Shown piece by piece: positions 56,866 through 64,000 of a stretch of DNA of 64,000 nt; the stretch's first letter is position 1, and the number at the start of each line of letters is the position of its first letter. The notes under the pieces were generated by a model, which did not search any database, was not told the origin of the DNA, and worked only from the letters and a program-made list of their open reading frames with translations. Origin of the DNA: Ignavibacteriota bacterium (GTDB lineage Bacteria > Bacteroidota > Ignavibacteria > UBA10030); NCBI GenBank assembly GCA_963727825.1, contig CAVSHO010000009.1:932428-996427 (forward strand). Direction: 5' to 3'. The position numbers and the translations under genes are program-made.

Positions 56866-57513
56866 CTAAAATTCGTTATATATTTGCTTTAACACCTCTC
56901 GGAGGTACAGAACTGCATATCTTTTGCGTGAGAGAAGTGTGTTAAGGCTTTCTCCGGTTATCTCCGCAATCTCCTTAAAGCTCCTGCCTTCCAATTCATG
57001 CAGGATGAAAACATCCCGCTGTTCTTCCGGTAGATCGTCAAGCGCCTCGGTAAGCGCTTCCCACACCAACGCGCGGCCAAAAACTTCATCCGGTTCCTGT
57101 TCGGGATCGAAAAGAAAATCTTCAGGATTTATTGGAAGTCCCGTTTCCTCATCCAACGGAACCGAACTATGGTGCTTTCGCCTTCTGTACCAATCGACAA
57201 TTCGGTTTCGCGCGACGGCAAAAAGCCACGATGACAGTTTTTCAATCGGCTCCGTTATGTTGTAATTCGAAAGAAGCTGATAAAAAACATCCTGAAGAAT
57301 ATCTTCGGCATCCTCTTCCGTTTTCACACGTTTGCGAATGAAATCGAATAACCGCGAGTGTTGGCTCGTGATGACCGCCTCCGCCGCGATATTGTGTGTC
57401 TCCAATGTTCGAGGTTCTACCGTCAAAGAATATCCTTTATAAAGAGTAGACGCTTTTAACTTCGGAATATTGTAATGATAACGAGAATTAATGAAAAAAA
57501 GACAATGCGACAA
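56866..57513 (-). CDS. ECF sigma-70 factor (true start likely ~57426)
   Basis: DAEDILQDVF, WLFAVARNRIVD, LPEEQRDVF...SFKEIA...NTLLSRKRYA. Confidence 0.92.
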   Translation of the reverse strand: MSHCLFFINSRYHYNIPKLKASTLYKGYSLTVEPRTLETHNIAAEAVITSQHSRLFDFIRKRVKTEEDAEDILQDVFYQLLSNYNITEPIEKLSSWLFAVARNRIVDWYRRRKHHSSVPLDEETGLPINPEDFLFDPEQEPDEVFGRALVWEALTEALDDLPEEQRDVFILHELEGRSFKEIAEITGESLNTLLSRKRYAVLYLREVLKQIYNEF

Positions 57514-58039
57514 ATTGCAAGAATGCAGTGACAGCTAACTATTGTATGATTGCACCTTGGTGCGTTTTTATAGACCAATTAGCGCGCATCGGACGTACAA
57601 AGGTGCGTTTATTTGTCTCTAGGACTTTTTCTCTATCGCTGTTTCCATTGGGCTTGAAATTTGTCTAATATATTGTTTTGATACATGCGTATAGATTTCT
57701 ATGATCTTTGAACTTGATTTATATGATTTGATTGTTCTCGGAATGGAATTCCGTAATCTCGCCTCTTGTTATTCTTGCTTCAAAATCGATTATGCAAATT
57801 TATATGTTTGTTTCAGCCCTAGAAGATGATGGACAAAAAAATAGCCCAGATTCCTGAGCTATTCTGACACAATGCCCCCCCACTTATCCCAGATCTTCAT
57901 AAATTCCGATTTATTAATACCACAGCGTATGTTGCCATAACCAGTCAGTATATTCAAGCTTGGGTTTGATACGAATATATGACTTGATGAATATTACTGT
58001 TCTCCGTCGTTCCGAGTGATAAGGATTAGATACTCATCA

Positions 58040-58822
58040 TTAGAAGCATAACCCAATTCCATAAATTACATAGACACCACTTAAATCCGCCTTCACGGGA
58101 TCACCGCTGTCTGTGTCCGGTTGTTTGTACCCTGTCGTACTCGCCGAGGAAGCATATGCAAGATTTGTTTTAAGAAGCCGAAATCCTCCTTTCAAACTAA
58201 GCTCTATAGAATTCGACAAAAAATATTGAAGACCTGCCGCTGCACCAAACCCAAATCCCGGTGAAGGCGAGAAATTCATTGTCGTTGATCCGGTGTACGT
58301 GCCTGTGACCCATCCCATTAAAAGCGCAGGATCGAGTGTAAGGAACAGATCCTTCGATTCTCCTAGGGCATACTTAATCGGCATGTAGAACGAAATGATA
58401 GAAGGATTTAAGACCAATTCGTGACCGCCACCAAAGACGACTTCCGTTCCCCATAATGAATGGCTTGGTGGAATCAGATATCCCATACCTACACCATAGG
58501 AGAGTGGTTCATTCGATTTCGACCACATCAACTCGGCTTCCAGGAGAAAGAATGCCGGCGAGCCTTGATCGACTAAGCGGGTATGATCGTTAGTCTGCTC
58601 TCCAAACCAAGTATCGAGATTCCCTCGAGTATATGTATTGGTAAGCGAAGCATTGAAAGCCAGACTGAAGCTAACCTTTGTTTCATCTTCAGCGTCATTG
58701 GTCTTTGATTTCGAGACTTTCCCTGCTCTAGCTCCTTTGCCATCAGTTTCCTGCGCAGTACTAATGGAACACACTAAAGCGATAAGAGAAGCAATAGCAA
58801 TTATCAAGATTCGGCTTTTCAT
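58040..58822 (-). CDS. Outer-membrane beta-barrel protein
   Basis: GGAGG RBS, signal peptide, amphipathic strands, C-terminal Phe (GIGLCF). Confidence 0.75.
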   Translation of the reverse strand: MKSRILIIAIASLIALVCSISTAQETDGKGARAGKVSKSKTNDAEDETKVSFSLAFNASLTNTYTRGNLDTWFGEQTNDHTRLVDQGSPAFFLLEAELMWSKSNEPLSYGVGMGYLIPPSHSLWGTEVVFGGGHELVLNPSIISFYMPIKYALGESKDLFLTLDPALLMGWVTGTYTGSTTMNFSPSPGFGFGAAAGLQYFLSNSIELSLKGGFRLLKTNLAYASSASTTGYKQPDTDSGDPVKADLSGVYVIYGIGLCF

Positions 58823-59135
58823 AAAAACCTCCTATAATAATTTAGCACCGTTTTTACAAATTAAAGTTAGACCCAATCGCATCGAGATGAAAAGAAAAGA
58901 ACTTTTTCATTCTTATAGCTAAAATAAAAGAACATATTAATTGCATTTAAAAAAATCAGTTAATCACGGAATTTATTATGGGATTATTCCTATTAGCATA
59001 TTATCGCGGATTTTCGAAGTATTAAAAAAGCGGCAACCATCGCCGCTTTTATGGATGTTTGTTCATGAATGCCCCTTTCCTCTTCTCTTATACCACCAAA
59101 TACTATGGAATAAGAGTGTAGAAAGGAGAACACCT

Positions 59136-59625
59136 ATGAGCGAGCAAGAATATTCCGAATTATTTCATTACTCCGAGAAATTCACACGCGATCCACTGCA
59201 GAGAAGTGAGCTCGTGACTATGGCTTGGAAGGAAGGACTACGACTCGGTAAGCGCCGAACCATCGGGCGGCTTAAAAGTTTAATACATTTCAGATCGAGA
59301 GAATTGAATAAACGCAGTGCGTTTTCATTGGGTGAAATAGGCAAACGCAAGAAAGATGCTTGGAACCACGACCGTGTTTACATTGTCAGGCAGGTGAAGC
59401 AGGATGCAGATCCGATATCACTTGCGGAGTTTCTGCTTCTAGTCAAGATTACGCCTTTGGACTTCACTATCACGAATAATTTTCTGGAGTCTCTGACTAC
59501 AGAGATCACGATTATTCCTTGATGATATAACAGCAGGATATTCGATGAAAGACATTTCGAGACACACCCGCAACATTCCATCCCCCCGACAATGTCTTCA
59601 ACAAAAAGCTGTCGCATATTCTGTG
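59136..59625 (+). pseudogene. Degenerate sigma-factor-like/HTH gene
   Basis: AAGGAG RBS before ATG 59136; after ...FLESLTTE a frameshift gives SRLFLDDITAGYSMKDISRH...RQCLQQKAVAY, resembling a region-4 HTH. Confidence 0.4.
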
Positions 59626-60294
59626 ACGGTAGAGAGGAGTGCGTTCGCACTTCTCTTTACCATATTGTCATCGCGTAAAACCGTAGAGAAATGATGATGA
59701 TGACAATATCATTTTGTCATAAGTTTTGTCACTGATAGAATGATAAAGTCCAGCTTTGTCATCTTGTCAAATGAATGGGGGAATTGCAAAATGACTAATG
59801 ACAAATACCAACTTGTCATTAGTGTTTCATTGAGGCAGGTCAGCATATGAAGAATATAAATTACCGATTGATTCCATATATTTCGTAAAACGTAAATTAT
59901 TTCTGCACCTAATGATTGACCCATAGGTATTTATATCACTCAACAAAAAACAAATTAAACCTTTTGCCTTGTTGTGAATCTAAAAAGAAACATCTGAGAT
60001 GAATATAAATAACATGGTTGTGCAAAGATTGAGAACATAATTAATTAAAATATGGAAATTATTATCCACCGCATATGATGCAGTAAGAGGGAACTTTTGT
60101 TTAATAAAATATGTCTAACCAATATCAAGAATATACTTTTTGATAGCACACATTTTATTGTGATATATAAAATGAAAGGAGAAAGATATATATAGAACCT
60201 TGACGACCTTTTAAGTGAATAATCTTTTCGCCGAGGTAAACGTGCTGATTCAGTGTGTCGAAAACTACATATTAGATTTTATAAATTATTTAAT

Positions 60295-60358
60295 ACCACC
60301 TGCGTATCTGCGCAGTATCAATTCCCCTCCACGGGGAGTGATACAAGGTGGTTTTTTT
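60295..60358 (+). terminator. Long branched hairpin with T-tract
   Basis: ACCACCT/AGGTGGT outer stem, GTATCA-TTCCCC/GGGGAG-TGATAC inner stem, TGCG/CGCA side helix, then TTTTTT. Confidence 0.5.
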
Positions 60359-61062
60359 ATGACCACCAATCGATCCCAATGGGGTGAACCCCTTAGCAGA
60401 GAAAGTAATGCAAGTGCAATATGAAGAAGTCTTCGAAAGAATCTTTTCCGAAGTGTATTCATTCGGTGCAATAGAAAATCTTTATTTGATAGTAAAACGT
60501 GAATTATGCCAAACTCTTTACATCAAGAATGTTTTTAGATGGAGGAACAAAAAATGGGATCAAAAATAAATAAGATCAACGGTATGGAAAATGCACCAGA
60601 TCGGAATTCTAATGACATTATGGGAATACTGAGGCAAATCGTTGACTTACAAAATAAAAATCGAATTGCCAAAATGAGCGATGAGATAAAGGATCGATCG
60701 AATATTCCTATCAAATCGTGACGTTCATGGGAATTTATTGCTGCACAAGGATTAAACTTCTTTTGATGGAGGAATCATAATGAACGAAACGATCAAAGTG
60801 CCTACTGTAAATCAAGTTAATGCAGAGATAGCAAAACACAGTTGATGTTGTTGTAGATGGTTGCGCTGCAACTAAAGCGATTATAAAAATGATGTCCGAC
60901 TTGATGATACAAAAGGAATACATCAATAAAATGGCTGAAATGGCGCAAGGTTTTAACAACCGTTTTCCAAAGGAAAAATAGCAGCGGAAGAAAAAAAGAG
61001 AAAGTGGTTTATGGAAAATAAGGATTCTGAGGTGATTCGATCGAATAGAAGTCCTGCATCAA

Positions 61063-61347
61063 ATGAATTTTGTCACATCACTCATCGAAAATTGGACAAG
61101 TTTGATTCAATCAAACAAAGATAGTGCGAGTGATGCAAAAAAACAAACAAAACCAACAATCAGCGATAAACGGTCTCCGGTAAATTCGGATGCAATATTT
61201 CTTGGTTGGCAAAGGACTCCCTCGGGTAACGCTTTTGCGCTCTATAATGTGATAAATCCCCGCCATCCGTTTTTTGGTTCCACTGTCTCAGAAATGACGT
61301 TGCAGAAATTAAACATCCGAGTTCCTCCAACACCCCCGAGAAATTGA
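61063..61347 (+). CDS. Small hypothetical protein
   Basis: 94-aa ORF with a compact globular-looking core, DAIFLGWQRTPSG..FALYNV....HPFFGSTVSE.TL..L.I.VP. Confidence 0.55.
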   Translation: MNFVTSLIENWTSLIQSNKDSASDAKKQTKPTISDKRSPVNSDAIFLGWQRTPSGNAFALYNVINPRHPFFGSTVSEMTLQKLNIRVPPTPPRN

Positions 61348-61912
61348 CTATTAATGAAAATCTCAAACTTGTGTTGTGGAAGCTTTCCATGTAAGGTCCC
61401 AAAGTTTTCCAGAAAAGCCTATCACTAAACGTGATGTTCGCGTGATCTTCTATTATTATACGATTTTCGAAAGGAGGACAGATGGGACCCAAAATGAGCC
61501 TCGTTGGAATCACAGGTATCTGGAAGCTCAAAGGTTGCTTCTACTTCGATATAGGTAAGGAATCAATATAAACCGTTAGGCAAAGTGGTTTCGCTAGAAT
61601 TTTTTCGTTCATATAGGGCGAATCGATTTCTATGTTTGTGTTAAAAGTTAGAAAAATATATCATAGTTTTGTTCATAAACTAAGAAATCCTCAATGATTT
61701 TCAATATCGACACAACTATTGGCTGCGATAAACTGTTTGTGAGTGACACCCACTTACAACTACATTTTTTAAAATCACGCGTTTGCGTGATACCGCATTA
61801 TCTTTCTGAATTGTACCTTTTTACTGATTCAATGCCTTCTTAATTGCACCACCGTTAGGTTGCCTGACCTGATGCTCATCTTAATAGTATAGTACTTTCT
61901 TAAGAGGAACAT

Positions 61913-62341
61913 ATGTTACATCCAAAAGAAATTATTGATGCTATTGGTGCTCATGGAAACTGGAAACAACGTCTTCGGCGAGCAATAGAAACAGGGAATA
62001 GTGATTTTACCGTTGACAAAATAAAAGTCGATAATCAATGCGACTTTGGTAAATGGCTACATTCCTTATCTTCAGATGAAAAGAAGTCGTCTCACTGGCT
62101 CAACATCCAACAATTGCATGCAAAATTCCATATCGAAGCTGCCCGTCTATTAGAACGTGCAATGCAAGGGAAACAGAAAGAGGCAATGGATGCAATGGCA
62201 ATTGGAAATGATTTTACTAGACTCTCCTGCGGATTAACAATGGCAATGGTGAAATGGAAGAGTTCATTATCACAAACAGGCAACCAAACCAGGCACGCCC
62301 CGATAGAAAGTAGCGGTGTAGGCGAGTTCCGCTATCAATAA
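61913..62341 (+). CDS. Stand-alone CZB (chemoreceptor zinc-binding) domain protein
   Basis: AHGNWK, CDFGKWL, HAKFH (3His-1Cys Zn site). Confidence 0.88.
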   Translation: MLHPKEIIDAIGAHGNWKQRLRRAIETGNSDFTVDKIKVDNQCDFGKWLHSLSSDEKKSSHWLNIQQLHAKFHIEAARLLERAMQGKQKEAMDAMAIGNDFTRLSCGLTMAMVKWKSSLSQTGNQTRHAPIESSGVGEFRYQ

Positions 62342-62486
62342 GTATTCTAATGTGGCGGGATGGCGACGAAGGCGCGCACTGACGGATATGCGTGAGAGCA
62401 ATTTACAAGGCGCGTGTATGTTAGTACAAAATTGTAGTATCGCAGCTTAGCGCCCATTGGACGGGTATCATTAATTACTAATTACA

Positions 62487-62864
62487 ATGATTTGCAGATA
62501 CGAATATAAAAACGGAATCTTATTTCAGACAGTTCCCGATGTCATGACTGTTAATAACCTTCATTCACTTTCTAAGGAGATGAATATTATTGACAATGAA
62601 TATTCCATTATGCCCAATCGTCTTGTTAATCTCCAAGCAATGAAATCTTTTCAGGGAGACTTCAATACGTTACTTGATTTTGTAAATCAGCGTAAAATGA
62701 TATTACAAAATCAAGTTAAGATGGCAATATTAGTTGCAAATGATTTTCAGTTTGGATTTGCCCAGATGATTCAGACGCTCCAGGATAATCCAAAAATAAC
62801 GATAGAAATATTTTTAAAAGAGCAAAAAGCTATTGAATGGTTAAAAACCGAAGGTACAGACTAA
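62487..62864 (+). CDS. SpoIIAA-like/STAS-like small protein
   Basis: KMAILVANDFQFGFAQM...IEIF...QKAIEWL. Confidence 0.7.
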   Translation: MICRYEYKNGILFQTVPDVMTVNNLHSLSKEMNIIDNEYSIMPNRLVNLQAMKSFQGDFNTLLDFVNQRKMILQNQVKMAILVANDFQFGFAQMIQTLQDNPKITIEIFLKEQKAIEWLKTEGTD

Positions 62865-62874
62865 CGAGGCGCTC

Positions 62875-63075
62875 AAGCTCGATAGGCTATTCAATGATGA
62901 GTTAAAATTTGTTGACATAGAGTTGAGAAATGAACGAAACAGAAAAGATAAATCTATTATTTCGAGCATTGAAGTTGAGGGAGAAATTACTATTTGCGTT
63001 GGCAAAATTGAAATCCCCTGCAGCCTTAAAGAACTCGATGAAGGAGTTGGCAAGGAGTTGCGACATATGTTCTAA
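62875..63075 (+). pseudogene. Start-less 3' gene fragment fused directly to an attC left arm
   Basis: 67-codon open frame KLDRLFNDELKFVDIELR...ELRHMF* beginning at the AAGCT of the attC arm. Confidence 0.35.
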
Positions 63076-63199
63076 TTAATGGCAGTAATGATGGCTAAGG
63101 AAACTTGTCGCAGCATAAAACCATCCGTTAGGCAGCCCATGCAGGCGCCAATAAACTGTAGGAGAAAACCGTGAATCTTATGCTCGAAGGAGATAGCAA

Positions 63200-64000
63200 T
63201 TGACTGAATGGAGCACAGGATACTGCGAAACGAACGGAATTAACATACACTACACGAGAACTGGAGGAAGCAAGCCTCCTTTAATTTTGCTACACGGATT
63301 AACTGCTAATGGAGCCTGCTGGACTGCGTTGGCCCATGCTATAGAGGGAGATTATGACGTAATCATGCCGGATGCCAGAGGCCATGGCAAATCGAGTGTG
63401 CCTAACTATGGGTACCGATACGAAGACCATGCAAACGATGTCGTTGGTCTTATAGAGGCTCTACGACTTCTGCCTCCGATCCTAATCGGACACTCCATGG
63501 GAGGTATGACTGCCGCTGTGGTGGCAAGTCGGAACCCAAAGCTTCTTCGTTGTCTAATCTTAGCTGATCCAACGTTCTTGAGTCCAAAAGTTCAGCGCGA
63601 AATTCGAGACAGCGATGTGGCAGATCAGCATCGGCGATGTCTCAATATGTCATTGGATGATGTGGTGGCTGAAGCGCGGATTAGACACCCTGATCGGTCA
63701 TCGGATACCCTCGAGCTAATCGCACGGGCAAGACTTCAAACAAGCATGGAAGCCTTCGACGTTCTCGCGCCACCGAACTCCGACTATATGCAGGTAGTGA
63801 GTGCCATTGAAGTTCCAAGCCTACTTGTGATTGGTGGTTCAGCAGGCGTGGTTTCGCCTGATGTTGCCACAGATCTGAAACGTCTTAATCTGCGACTTCA
63901 AGTTGAACAAATTCCAGAAGTCGGCCACGGGTTTCATTATGACCAGCCTGAGCGATTTGCGGTTGTCGTCAAATCCTTCTTACGTTCAATTAGTGCCACC
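63200..64000 (+). CDS. Alpha/beta hydrolase (runs off the window end)
   Basis: AAGGAG RBS, TTG start, MTEWSTGYCETNGINIHYTRTGGSKPPLILLHG...DARGHG...LIGHSMGG...EVGHGFHYDQPE; missed by the ORF track because no stop lies in the window. Confidence 0.9.
   Translation, partial: MTEWSTGYCETNGINIHYTRTGGSKPPLILLHGLTANGACWTALAHAIEGDYDVIMPDARGHGKSSVPNYGYRYEDHANDVVGLIEALRLLPPILIGHSMGGMTAAVVASRNPKLLRCLILADPTFLSPKVQREIRDSDVADQHRRCLNMSLDDVVAEARIRHPDRSSDTLELIARARLQTSMEAFDVLAPPNSDYMQVVSAIEVPSLLVIGGSAGVVSPDVATDLKRLNLRLQVEQIPEVGHGFHYDQPERFAVVVKSFLRSISAT

Larger units (their letters stand above)
61854..63133 (+). mobile_element. Degenerate integron-type gene cassette array (attC remnants; no intI in window)
   Basis: GTTAGGTTGCCTG (61854) vs CAGGCAACCAAAC (62277), 12/13 complementary; left arm GACTAAC-GA-GGCGCTCAAGCT (62859) vs right arm CGCAGCTTAGCGCC (62441), complementary with one extra base; right arm CGCAGCAT...CCGTTAGGC (63109-63133). 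Confidence 0.6.

Noticed and set aside
58866-60119. GTTAGAC ... GTCTAAC pair as boundaries of another cassette
   Set aside because: Only a 7-bp match with no L-box arms; expected by chance.
60190-60400. TPP or c-di-AMP riboswitch-like words (GAACCT, TAATACC...GCGTA, GGGGTGAA)
   Set aside because: Order and spacing do not fit either aptamer, and key conserved segments are missing.
60384-60980. Short ORFs 60384-60569, 60539-60721, 60735-60959 as genes
   Set aside because: No recognisable motifs; they may be decayed fragments but cannot be supported from sequence alone.

Overview
64 kb of bacterial chromosome, most likely an Ignavibacteria-like member of Bacteroidota/Chlorobi. This is inferred from a T9SS C-terminal domain (QNYPNPFNP), TonB receptors, BMC shell genes, an [FeFe]-hydrogenase and canonical TTGACA/TATAAT-type promoters. 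Core genes: rseP-dxr, hrpB, priA, larC, waaA, an ABC-F ATPase, tRNA-Gly(CCC), and a glnK-amtB-glnK-amtB-glnD nitrogen cluster. Notable accessory content: (i) a three-gene envelope operon in which a FecR-domain protein and an outer-membrane beta-barrel share one Ig-like repeat; (ii) a sigma54-driven trimeric [FeFe]-hydrogenase whose HydB subunit is fused to a GltD/NfnB-like NADPH oxidoreductase; (iii) an orphan pair of BMC shell genes; (iv) two AT-rich two-gene insertions that look like conflict/defence modules (ART-like toxin + DUF6575-type protein; STAS-HATPase kinase + DUF4325 STAS protein); (v) a TetR-regulated LolCDE/MacB-like export module; (vi) a decayed region (52.4-64 kb) with pseudogene fragments and integron-type attC cassette remnants but no integrase. 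Four otherwise intact genes carry single-base frameshifts, probably assembly errors. All calls were made by eye from motifs; no database searches were run.
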